DNA of 64,000 nt from positions 1,568,001-1,632,000 of the forward strand of contig CAXXGO010000006.1 of the NCBI GenBank assembly GCA_963666835.2, read 5' to 3'. Of this stretch, positions 1 through 8,531 are shown piece by piece (the stretch's first letter is position 1; each line of letters starts with the position of its first letter). The position numbers and the translations under genes are program-made. The DNA is from Phycisphaerae bacterium. GTDB taxonomy: Bacteria > Planctomycetota > Phycisphaerae > UBA1845. The notes beneath the pieces are model-generated. The model was not told where the DNA came from. It saw only the letters and a list, made by a program, of their open reading frames with translations, and did no database searches.

Positions 1-560
1 AGCGTCTCATCCTTCGGCGTTACCAGACCATCCAACATACGCCGGCCGGCCCGGCCGAAAAGGTCGGAAAACTCATGCAAGATCCCGTGCCGATGCAGGA
101 TGGCGTGAATCTGATTCTTGAGCCGCGTCTGCATCTGCACCAAGCTCATTCGGTACCGCATCCGTTCTCGCTCGTCCCGAACCGCCCGCGGCGCCAGCCA
201 GACCTCCCACCACCGCGACTTCTCCGACCACAGCTCCGACAACAGATCTGCATCCGTCCGGTTGGACTTCGCGATTCCCCGAACCTCCCGCCAGCCAGCC
301 ACTTTCCGACTCGATGCCAAGTGCGGATCCAACCCCGCCGCGGTCAACTCGTCCGCCAACCAGCCCCACCCGAACGTCCCCTCGAGAATCACGGGAGTCC
401 CAACCGGCCAAGACTGCAGGCGTTCTCGTACCTCGTCCCGATTCCAGTGCTCGAGACGCTGCCGCCATACAATCCTGTTGTCTTCTCCCCGTGCCGTCAC
501 CGAGCTGAACTTCCTGTGGCTATCCAAGCCAATCTGCGCTACCATTCTGTCCTTCTTCAT
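1..560 (-). CDS. IS110-family (DEDD) transposase/recombinase, 5' part; open off the left edge
   Basis: Manual translation from the ATG at 560 (RBS AGGGAG upstream): MKKDRMVAQIGLDSHRKFS...VILEGTFGWGWL...KSNRTDADLL...RLKNQIHAILHRHG...SDLFGRAGRR. There is no stop before base 1. The motifs match the IS110 RuvC-like N-terminal domain. The + strand ORFs 75..773 and 118..762 are its antisense shadows. Confidence 0.9.
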   Translation of the reverse strand, partial: MKKDRMVAQIGLDSHRKFSSVTARGEDNRIVWRQRLEHWNRDEVRERLQSWPVGTPVILEGTFGWGWLADELTAAGLDPHLASSRKVAGWREVRGIAKSNRTDADLLSELWSEKSRWWEVWLAPRAVRDERERMRYRMSLVQMQTRLKNQIHAILHRHGILHEFSDLFGRAGRRMLDGLVTPKDET

Positions 561-690
561 GGTCGTCTCCCTATTGGTCCTCCCGACCGCCGAACGGACA
601 TCCTACCGTCCGGCGGGAGACAGCCTTTCATGCGATTACTTCAACGACCTATCGAACCGCCTTCGTGGTCGGTCCGAACGGGGTTCGATA
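1..690 (-). mobile_element. IS110-family insertion sequence, partial; left-end boundary uncertain (about 632 to 700)
   Basis: Transposase plus structured upstream non-coding DNA. Stems at 587-597/606-616, 565-571/615-621 and 650-658/682-690. Confidence 0.7.
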
Positions 691-980
691 CCCCGTCAAA
701 CGCTGCAACCGACTCGCGGAGCCCATTCGTCCGCCAGCCATCAAACCGCAGCGTCACTGTAATGGCTCCATAGCTCAGGCAACCGCCTCCGGCCGCGGAT
801 ACCCCGCCGCCGAACCGTCCGCCATCGCATGCTGCAAACCCGGAACCGGCAGGGGGCACAAGTGCCCCGCGTACCGGTCCCGAGAGCGCAGAGTTTGCGG
901 TTGTGCTCCGCGTGCTACCGGCAGTCGCCTTGCCGCCGCCAGCCGCTCGCGCATTGTGCCATCCTTGGCTCACGCCCAAC

Positions 981-2414
981 CTATCCTAGTTTCTGCACAA
1001 CCGCGTTAACGGCATAGTTCATCCGCTCATCGTCGGTCAGCCGCTCAAGCCCCGCGTCTCGCAATGCAAGGTTCACGTGGGCAACGGCCGACGTGCCCCG
1101 TTGAAGATCCGGGTCCGCCTTGAACGCCACCAACGCTTGATCGATCAGCGCTCCGCGGGTGTTCGACGCTCGCCCCAGCCCGTCCCCCGGCTCCGGGTTG
1201 ACGATCCGGCCGGGTGGTGGCAGGGACGCTACCCGGTGATTCAGCATCATTCGGCAGTCCGTCGGGTTCATGGCGTACACCCGTAGAACCATGTCATAGT
1301 CCTCGCGCCGGTCCTTCGAGACCGGGTCAACAACCCCCTTGTCTATGAACGGCCGCAGGAAGTCGTCCCGCCCCTTGGCTGCCAACTGTTCCTTCATGGC
1401 TGCCAATGCCTCCGCCGCGTCACCGGACAGACTTTCCCGCATGGCGACGTTCACCGCCTCCAGTCCGGCATCCGGCGCCAACCCCAGCCCTTGCCGCACA
1501 CTCGCCGCAATGGCCTTGGCCTCACCGTCTCCGGCGTCCTCTTCGGCCCCGTCCGCGGTCTTCTTGTCCGCGTCCCCCTCCAACATGTCGATAAGGGCCT
1601 TGATAACGTCGGCCGTGCTCGGCTTCTTGGGAAGCTCCGTCCCCCTCTGTACCAAGATCCCGGCCAGCTTGGTCAGAAGCGGCCTGGCTTCGTCGCTCGG
1701 TTCAAGCCTCATACTGGAAGCCACTTGTTCCGCCTCGCGCTCCGTGTCTTTCAGCTTCCGTACCGCCTCAAGAATCGCCCGAAGCAAGTCCCCCGGCTCC
1801 GCGATTTCCTTGATTCCCAGCACCTCCGCGACACGTGCCAGCGTTGCCGATGGGTCTGCAACGGTCTCGCCGTTCGTTCCTAGGTCGTTCTGCATTGCCT
1901 TGGTCTCCTTACCAGTGTTCGGGGCTTCCTTGGCCGCCAGCGCTTCCCAGCGCCGCACGATTGCCGGTTTGTTGGTCAGCGCTACGGAGTGCAGGGCGAT
2001 CACTCGCCGATCGTCCGGCCGAAGCCTCACCACCGGTGACGGATAGCGGTATTCCCCCGCCCGAATGTACTCCCGCGCCTTGTCGGTCCATCTCACGCCC
2101 GCGATCAGCCCGCGTGCCGGATCAAACCGAAGCGTCTCTATCCACCCCGCCGCGGGCGCTTTCCCGTCCGGCGCCGCATAGTCTCCGCCCAACGTCTGAT
2201 GTTCATAGTCCACGGGGGGGCGTACCGTGCCCGCGTTGAATGCCGCCTGAACGCTTCTCCACGCCTCCGCGTCCATAATGAACTTGCCTTTGGACGATTC
2301 CACGCGTCCCGCCGGGCAGATCAGGTTCTCGACGATCTCACCTGCCGCCCCCGCGGTTGCCGGTTCGCCCGCCGCTATCCATAGCTCACTCGTTGCCGTG
2401 TCGCATATTGTCAT
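981..2414 (-). CDS. Mu-like prophage I protein (prohead protease with C-terminal scaffold region)
   Basis: VDYEHQTL...APAAGWI...GVRWTDKAREYIRAGEYRYPSP...LHSVALTNKPAI are hallmark Mu gpI motifs. A helical acidic scaffold-like tail follows. Confidence 0.9.
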   Translation of the reverse strand: MTICDTATSELWIAAGEPATAGAAGEIVENLICPAGRVESSKGKFIMDAEAWRSVQAAFNAGTVRPPVDYEHQTLGGDYAAPDGKAPAAGWIETLRFDPARGLIAGVRWTDKAREYIRAGEYRYPSPVVRLRPDDRRVIALHSVALTNKPAIVRRWEALAAKEAPNTGKETKAMQNDLGTNGETVADPSATLARVAEVLGIKEIAEPGDLLRAILEAVRKLKDTEREAEQVASSMRLEPSDEARPLLTKLAGILVQRGTELPKKPSTADVIKALIDMLEGDADKKTADGAEEDAGDGEAKAIAASVRQGLGLAPDAGLEAVNVAMRESLSGDAAEALAAMKEQLAAKGRDDFLRPFIDKGVVDPVSKDRREDYDMVLRVYAMNPTDCRMMLNHRVASLPPPGRIVNPEPGDGLGRASNTRGALIDQALVAFKADPDLQRGTSAVAHVNLALRDAGLERLTDDERMNYAVNAVVQKLG

Positions 2415-2547
2415 ATTGTTGTCACTCTAAACCGCGAAGCGAACCGTTGGGGGGGGCGAACAATACCCCCAACGGCCGCCCGCGATCGACAAGGAGAGGC
2501 TGCCCACCACGTGGGCAGCCACCGACAGAACTTTCCGTGCTTCCGCA

Positions 2548-3609
2548 TTACCGCTTATCGTCCGCCTTGGCGTACAACCCTTCCCCGGCCCGCCACGCCT
2601 TCAAGTCCTCCGGGCTCGGGAACATCATCGAGTCCCCCCGGTGAAGAGCCTTGAAGATGGCTCGAAGCGTAAGGTCGGCATTAGTGAACGAAGCGGGGAA
2701 TTCGTGCATCGCGCCGACCGCCGCGATTAACAGACGGTCCCGCAACCCACAACCGGTGGCGATCCCGTACGCCTCTTTCGGGAAGGAACCGGCGCACCAT
2801 CGATTCCGCAACAGGAACATGACAACAATGACCAGTTCCAACGGGTCCATCATTATCAACCGTGCGAACATGTCCCGAACAACGCGATTGGACTTCATAC
2901 CTTTCCGCTTCAGACGCAACGACGTCTTGAGGTTCACTTTCATAGGGGGGAGCGACCGTCCGCTGAGCGTCACTACGGCCCCCCATTGCAGCTTCTCCAA
3001 CCGGGACGGCCACGCCCCTTTGCGCTGCCACCCGCCATTGCGGACCGCTGCGGTCAGGGTCTCGACCCCGTCAACCGCTCCCCCGCGGAAGTAGTCAATC
3101 GCCGCAACCAGCAATTCGTCACGCACCGCACAGCCGGTGTCAATCCCGTACCGCTCCCCAAGTCGGATGGGCCTCGTCTGCGCCTGCGCCGTGATTATGG
3201 CCACCGCCGCCAATGGTTCCGGCCCCAACTCCAACATCGCCGCATACGCGTCCCGAACAGCGCGGGCCAGCTTGCGCCCGCGAACCTCCGGCTTGAACGC
3301 CCTGACAAGCCGGGCCGTTTCTTTCGCCTCCCGCTCTTTCGCCGCCTCGCGTCTGGCCTTCCGTGTCGCCGCTTTCCGCTTGCGGACCGCCTCTTCCGAT
3401 TCGCCTTCCACCAAGCGCAGCTTCCCGCCGGTCTTCGGCTTGCCGCCTTCATCGGTGGTCGGTGGGGCGTTGTCCGGGTCCGCCGCAGACCCCTTCCCGT
3501 TCGATTCGCCTAAGTCGCTAACGTCCAAAGGCTCTGTCTCTGGTGTGACACTCCCGGCCGCGGTCCGTCGCCGCACCGGGCGTGTCTGTGTCAAAGTCTC
3601 CATGTCCAT
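2548..3609 (-). CDS. Hypothetical protein with an internally duplicated domain of about 60 aa
   Basis: 353 aa ORF with RBS AAGGGAG. Two copies of a motif: YGIDTGCAVRDELLVAA and YGIATGCGLRDRLLIAA. Confidence 0.7.
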   Translation of the reverse strand: MDMETLTQTRPVRRRTAAGSVTPETEPLDVSDLGESNGKGSAADPDNAPPTTDEGGKPKTGGKLRLVEGESEEAVRKRKAATRKARREAAKEREAKETARLVRAFKPEVRGRKLARAVRDAYAAMLELGPEPLAAVAIITAQAQTRPIRLGERYGIDTGCAVRDELLVAAIDYFRGGAVDGVETLTAAVRNGGWQRKGAWPSRLEKLQWGAVVTLSGRSLPPMKVNLKTSLRLKRKGMKSNRVVRDMFARLIMMDPLELVIVVMFLLRNRWCAGSFPKEAYGIATGCGLRDRLLIAAVGAMHEFPASFTNADLTLRAIFKALHRGDSMMFPSPEDLKAWRAGEGLYAKADDKR

Positions 3610-3630
3610 CGTGGTCTCCCTTGTCTTCGC

Positions 3631-3804
3631 TCAGATCCCCGGTCCGTCGCCTTCCGGTCGGACTCTGAACACCTGTCCGGGGTCCGTGGGGTTGTGCCGG
3701 TCCGCAGCTTTCGCCGCGTCATCCCGTCTTATCGCTTTCGCCGCGGGCATTCCCGGCTTGTGCTTCGCCTGCCGCGCTGTTGGTTTGGTCTCGTTCGCCG
3801 CCAT
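3631..3804 (-). CDS. Small hypothetical protein (57 aa, MAANETKPTARQAKHK...)
   Basis: The ATG lies 1 nt after the upstream TAG (3806-3808) and the ORF fills the gap to the next gene's RBS. It is below the ORF-track size cutoff. Confidence 0.45.
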   Translation of the reverse strand: MAANETKPTARQAKHKPGMPAAKAIRRDDAAKAADRHNPTDPGQVFRVRPEGDGPGI

Positions 3805-3805
3805 G

Positions 3806-5151
3806 CTATTCGTAGTCCCGGTTGTAGCTCTGTCCGTTCGTCACCGCGTCGTGGTTCGGCTGTTGGTGGAAGTGCGTTCCGCCGACGTTGGTTGAAAGAC
3901 TGGCCCCGCTCTTCACCGCGTCCACGACTCTATCCATCCCGGTCCGCAGTTCCTCGCGCAGTTTGTCGGATGCGATTTCCATCTGCCGAATCATGTAATC
4001 CGGAACCGACACCGTAGCGTCGCCCCCCAGGGTATTCAGCGTCTGCCCAGCCACTCCGACCCCAACGGCGTACCGGGTATCGGGGCGTCCTGCTTGGCCA
4101 ACAGGCTCCGCCCCTTCCACTGCCGCAACACTTCCCCGATTCCCGACGTGGTCAGCCCGTGGTTGACGTCCCGCGCCCCCGTGACGTCCAACCCCACGTC
4201 CTTCAGGTACTCGACGATCTGCTTGGCTTCCGCCTCCGGCCCGAGCACCTTGGAAACGTATTCCTCCGCCGCAACGGTGGTCCCGCCTTCGGCGGTTTGC
4301 AGTTCATGGAACGCCCGCTTGACCAGTTCCTGGCGTTCTTCCGCACGCCGCTTCCGGTCCGCTGCAATCCATTCCGCGTTCCGCTCCACCGCTCCGGTTA
4401 CCATCGTCTGCCGCACGCCCGCGGGCATTGACTTATCCAACGGCTCCGCCTGTCCACCCTCGCGCAACATCGTGTAGCTGGCTTGCGTCTGGAAGTCGAC
4501 GTCAACCCCGCTCAGTTCCCCGCCCACCGTGGCGCTTAGTGCCGGGTCTATGTCATACCGCCGCGCCACTCGCGTAGACCGCTCCGTCCCTCGGGCCGCT
4601 TCGTCCGCTCCGACCGCGTCCGCCCCCATCCGGGCATTCGCCGCCGCTTTGTAGGCCCTTTCCAGTTCCTTCAACTGCTCCATCTGCTCGTTGAGCGCTT
4701 CGGTCTGCTTGCGGGCCGCTTCTTCCGCTTCTTCGTGGGCCGCCTTCAGGGCTTGTACCACGGCCACAATGGCCGCTATGCCCAACACCACGGCGCCGCC
4801 CGCCCCCAGCAGCTTGAGCGCTCCGGCGTGCTGTTTCGCCATCGCCGCCGCCTTCTTGTGGGCTCCGGCCAAGCTGATATTCCGGGAAGCCAAATCCCCC
4901 GCGACCTTCGACCCCCGCAACAGCGTCTCCGCAAAGCCCCCCAAGGCCGGGTGAACCGCGTTCAGAAGGCCGGTCAGATCGTCCGTGCTGGCGTTCAGCT
5001 TGTCCGTTGCCTCGGCTGCCTTCTCCGCCGATGCCGCGGTCCCTTCCTGTCCCTTGGCGACGTGTTCTTCCGCCGCCGCGACCTTGCTGAACTGGTCCGC
5101 CGCCTTTTCGGCCCCCTTTACTTGAACCTCCGTGGTCAACTTTCGGTCCAT
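3806..5151 (-). pseudogene. Tape-measure-like Ala-rich helical protein, apparently split by a frameshift near 4040-4100
   Basis: ATG at 5151 with RBS AAGGAG. MDRKLTTEVQVKGAEKAADQFSKV..., a hydrophobic Gly/Ala segment and coiled coils follow, with a stop at 4036. An overlapping frame (3806..4120) continues with plausible coding sequence up to the next gene. Confidence 0.5.
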
Positions 5152-5263
5152 CGAACGCTCCTTTTCTCGGTGCCCTCGGCTTCCGCACCGCCGCGTTTCC
5201 CTTGCTTGGCGGCTACGCCTGCTTCTCCAGGGCCGTGCCAGGCGTTTTTGCCGGACTTCACGC

Positions 5264-5318
5264 TTGACAAGGCTCTCGGCATCGAACATAATATACGCGA
5301 TGGATTTGGTCGTGTCAA
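5264..5318. promoter_or_regulatory. Bidirectional sigma70 promoter with overlapping -10 elements
   Basis: + strand: TTGACA (5264-5269), 17 bp, CATAAT (5287-5292). - strand: TTGACA (5318-5313), 17 bp, TATATT (5295-5290). It lies between the divergent genes starting at 5151 and 5426. Confidence 0.8.
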
Positions 5319-5425
5319 ACCGAAAATAGGATGCTCGCCCACAGGTTGTGGCGACAACAGGAGCGCGTACAATGAACGTTTCCGATGGGTCTACCGCAAA
5401 CTCTCCGGCGAAAGGACACACTACG

Positions 5426-5887
5426 ATGGGCAAGAAACAGCGCAGCCTACTCCTTGACGAAGACCTCACGGTCGTCATCGATGCTGTACAGTCATCCTCG
5501 GGGGCGACGTTCACGCGGCTGATGACTGCCGCTGTGATAAAGCACCTTTTCGACAAGCCTCACCCTGAACCCTACTGGATGAGCCTTGCCGTTGCCTTGG
5601 AGCGCGGTGATCTTCAGGTCAGCGACATTCCGCTGAAGGTGGCCAACGACCGAATCGCGACGCTGGAGGCGGAGTTGGCCCTGTTCAAGGAAACAGGGAA
5701 CCCGGACATCGACTGGTATATTGCGGACCGGCAATCGTCGCTCCAGGAAGCCAAGGAAAGCAAGGCGCATTGGGAGGCTGCCATGAGCGGGGAGTCTGAC
5801 CCCATTAACGCCGTCCTCACGCACTTCGGTGTGTCTTCGAGCGACCTTCCGTCCGTCCGCGGAAGAGCCGCGACACCGAAGGATTGA
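5426..5887 (+). CDS. Putative small DNA-binding regulator (ribbon-helix-helix-like N-terminus)
   Basis: RBS AAAGGA. MGKKQRSLLLDEDLTVVIDAVQSSSGATFTRLMTAAVIKHL has an RHH-like pattern. First gene after the divergent promoter. Confidence 0.5.
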   Translation: MGKKQRSLLLDEDLTVVIDAVQSSSGATFTRLMTAAVIKHLFDKPHPEPYWMSLAVALERGDLQVSDIPLKVANDRIATLEAELALFKETGNPDIDWYIADRQSSLQEAKESKAHWEAAMSGESDPINAVLTHFGVSSSDLPSVRGRAATPKD

Positions 5888-6070
5888 CCTGTCATGACTC
5901 TGACAGCGGCTCCCGGAGACGTGAGCCGACGGAGATTGTTGCGGAGCCCCACTGTGCGGGCATGCCGCGTTTCGTGCTGTATTGGAGCGTTTTCGCCCGT
6001 AAGGTTTTCACGCTGGACCGACCGGTAAGGATACCGATCGTCGGTACGTTTCAGAGCAAAGGATTGCATC

Positions 6071-6994
6071 ATGCCAGTTGTTAGCACCGGTCTGACCGTC
6101 CCCGGTATCCGCGGGGAATTCTTCAATCGCTACGACGAAGTCAAGACGTTCTATCAGGACTTGGTTACTGTCCTGCCGAGCAACACGAAGACGGAAGTCT
6201 ACAAGTTCCTCGGCTCCGTTCCGCCGATGCGCCCGTGGGGAACGGGTCGGCTGGCCAAGGGCATGTACACCGAGTCTTACTCGGTCTCCGCAGAGAAGTA
6301 CGAAAGCACTATCGAAGTAGACCGCGACGAGATTTCCGACGATCAGCTTGGGCAGATCCGGCTCCGCGTCCATCAAATGGCCGAACGGGCCGCGACGCAC
6401 AAGGATTACCTCCTGGCGCAGCTTCTCATCAACGGCGCCACCGCAGGCTTCCATAGCTATGACGGTGTCCCGTTCTTCTCTGCCAATCACGTATCCGGCG
6501 AGCAGTCCGCCCAGGACAACACCCAGAGCCTCGCAATCGTCGACAAGGACGATGCCACCGTTGCCGAGTTCAAGACTGCTTTGCGCAAGGCTATTGCGCT
6601 GTTGCTCGGGTCCAAGGACGATCAGGGGCAGCCGATGTCCTTGACGGCCGACGGTCTCGCGTGCATCGTCCCGCCGTCCCTGTACGTCAACGCTCTGGAA
6701 GCGGTAAACGCTACCGTCATAGGTTCCACGACGAACGTTCTCCAGGGTGCCTCCCGGATAATCGCGTTCCCGTGGCTCACCGCCGCCGACAAGTGGTATC
6801 TCCTCAAGACCGATTCGGCTATCCGCCCGTTCGTCTTCCAGGACCGCGAAAAGGCCGAATGGACCGCCAAGGAAGGGGACAGCGACGAAGGCTTCTTGCG
6901 TGAGAAATACCTTTACGGTGTGCGTGCCCGGTATAAACTGACCTACGGCTATTGGCAGTACGCCGTCCAAACGACGTTCACCACGGCCGCTTGA
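6071..6994 (+). CDS. Mu-like prophage major head subunit gpT
   Basis: 307 aa. EVYKFLGSVPPMRPW, KYESTIEVDRDEISDDQLG, YDGVPFFSANH, WYLL...RPFVFQDRE and YLYGVRARY...GYWQYA are typical of the Mu gpT family. Confidence 0.9.
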   Translation: MPVVSTGLTVPGIRGEFFNRYDEVKTFYQDLVTVLPSNTKTEVYKFLGSVPPMRPWGTGRLAKGMYTESYSVSAEKYESTIEVDRDEISDDQLGQIRLRVHQMAERAATHKDYLLAQLLINGATAGFHSYDGVPFFSANHVSGEQSAQDNTQSLAIVDKDDATVAEFKTALRKAIALLLGSKDDQGQPMSLTADGLACIVPPSLYVNALEAVNATVIGSTTNVLQGASRIIAFPWLTAADKWYLLKTDSAIRPFVFQDREKAEWTAKEGDSDEGFLREKYLYGVRARYKLTYGYWQYAVQTTFTTAA

Positions 6995-7642
6995 TCGCCT
7001 GCGGCTTGGTTGAGGACTCCGTCGATCGGCAGTAGGCTGGTCCCGTCTCCGTACGAATCGGGAGTCTCGCGTATGTACGAAGAAGCACGATGGATGCTCC
7101 AATCGATTAGGATCCTGCTTCAGGCCCGGGATGGCTATGGAGCGTTCGCCATGTGCCTGCTTGCCATGGAAGTCATCGCCAGTAAACGGCATCCGGACAT
7201 AACGGGCCTTGGCAAGAACCGCAGGAGGTTCATGAAGTTCTTCAGTGAGGAACGGCAACAGTTCTCGCCTCGGAAGGTCACTGTGCTGAACCCGAAGGAT
7301 CCCGGACCTCCCCCGCCTGATTTGGATGGGCTGTCGGGCGAACAGCAGACGGAAGCAATGGACGCCTACGCTGCCGAGATGGTAAACCACGGCATCTCGA
7401 TCGAAGAAGTCCTGTGGGAATACTGCCGATGCCCGATTGTCCACGAAGGATCCCGGCTTTCGGTGGGTAGCGGCGCTGAGGTTGCGATGGATTGGTCCGT
7501 TCCTGAAACGACAATGTTCTTCCAGATCGATAGGAACAAAGAGAATGTAATCGTGGCGGGGGCGCGGTACTGGCTGGCCTTCATGTATAGGGTTGTGCAG
7601 AAGTACCTGGACTCGCCGGCCTCCACCACGGCCGCTTGATCG
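6979..7642 (+). repeat. 19-bp perfect direct repeat CACCACGGCCGCTTGATCG at 6979-6997 and 7624-7642
   Basis: Read directly. Each copy contains a gene's stop codon, so both proteins end in TTAA. Confidence 0.95.
7073..7639 (+). CDS. Putative HEPN-like RNase/toxin
   Basis: RBS GGGAG. Helical protein with EVLWEYCRCPIVHEG (R-x4-H) and an N-terminal helix AFAMCLLAMEVIAS. Confidence 0.55.
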   Translation: MYEEARWMLQSIRILLQARDGYGAFAMCLLAMEVIASKRHPDITGLGKNRRRFMKFFSEERQQFSPRKVTVLNPKDPGPPPPDLDGLSGEQQTEAMDAYAAEMVNHGISIEEVLWEYCRCPIVHEGSRLSVGSGAEVAMDWSVPETTMFFQIDRNKENVIVAGARYWLAFMYRVVQKYLDSPASTTAA

Positions 7643-7708
7643 TCCCGATTCGCCGCGGGTCCACTGCCCGACAGAACCCGCAGCGTGCAAACGTAGGGGA
7701 GTCTGAGT

Positions 7709-8512
7709 ATGCCAGACGATATCGCCAATTTCCCACTTCGGGGCGCCAAGCGCAAGGAGTTGGCCCTCGCGTTGGGGCGATGCGCCAGCGAGTTCCTAGC
7801 CGCGCATGGCAGAGCGATGATTGTCGCGAACTTCCTCCAGGACGTGCGCGTTGAGAAGGCACGCGACGCCCTGGCCGAGCAGTTCCATCAGGACTTGGGC
7901 TTATGCAGGGATATGGGGCTTATCTTCGATACGCCTTCGAAGACGAAGAGCGACCGAGAGATCGCTCGCCTCTTGGTAGAACACGCCTACTCGACTGCAA
8001 ATGACGGCTGGAAGACTGCGGTCATGACAATGCTGCACGATGCGTTCAAGCGTTACCTCTGGCGCCTCGTTCGTTTCGGTTTGGTTGCGAGTCGGGAGAA
8101 AGCGATCTGCCTTCTCAAAGATGAGAATCGCAAGATCACGGAGAAGGACCTGCGCCGTGCCGGAAGCGCTGATGCTGCGCTCGATCTCCGTATCGAGAAG
8201 AAATGGAAGAAACTTGGGAAGTGCCCGCTGGAGAAGAGGTGGCAGGTACTGGAGGACTTAGTAGGCCTCCCGCAGAGGCTGTACAGTCCGCCTACCTGGC
8301 GCTTTGACATCGAGATGCTCACGCGATTCAACGAGGTACGGAACGACGCCGTCCACGGCCGTCCACAGGCTGTCAGGGACTACGACGTCGCGGCTTTTGC
8401 CCGTCAGCTTTGGCGTGCCCAGCTCGTCTGGATGGCTCACGTGGCGACACTGCTGCAAGTGAAGGTCCCTGGTGAAGTGCTCTATCTGGGAAGTGGAGCC
8501 CGCGAGACGTAG
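7709..8512 (+). CDS. Putative HEPN-like RNase/toxin
   Basis: RBS GGGGAG. Helical protein with RFNEVRNDAVHG (RN-x3-H) near the C-terminus. Confidence 0.6.
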   Translation: MPDDIANFPLRGAKRKELALALGRCASEFLAAHGRAMIVANFLQDVRVEKARDALAEQFHQDLGLCRDMGLIFDTPSKTKSDREIARLLVEHAYSTANDGWKTAVMTMLHDAFKRYLWRLVRFGLVASREKAICLLKDENRKITEKDLRRAGSADAALDLRIEKKWKKLGKCPLEKRWQVLEDLVGLPQRLYSPPTWRFDIEMLTRFNEVRNDAVHGRPQAVRDYDVAAFARQLWRAQLVWMAHVATLLQVKVPGEVLYLGSGARET

Positions 8513-8531
8513 GCGGTGGGAGCCCCTGAGA

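Noticed and set aside
650..700. Hairpin as an integron attC site
   Set aside because: No convincing RYYYAAC/GTTRRRY pair and no integrase.
75..773. + strand ORFs 75..773 and 118..762
   Set aside because: Antisense shadows of the IS110 transposase.
641..979. 112-aa - strand ORF downstream of the protease
   Set aside because: Low-complexity Gly/Ala content with no RBS or recognisable motif. Probably non-coding.
6008..7690. 560-aa - strand ORF
   Set aside because: Antisense to the capsid and HEPN-like genes, which have RBSs and family motifs.
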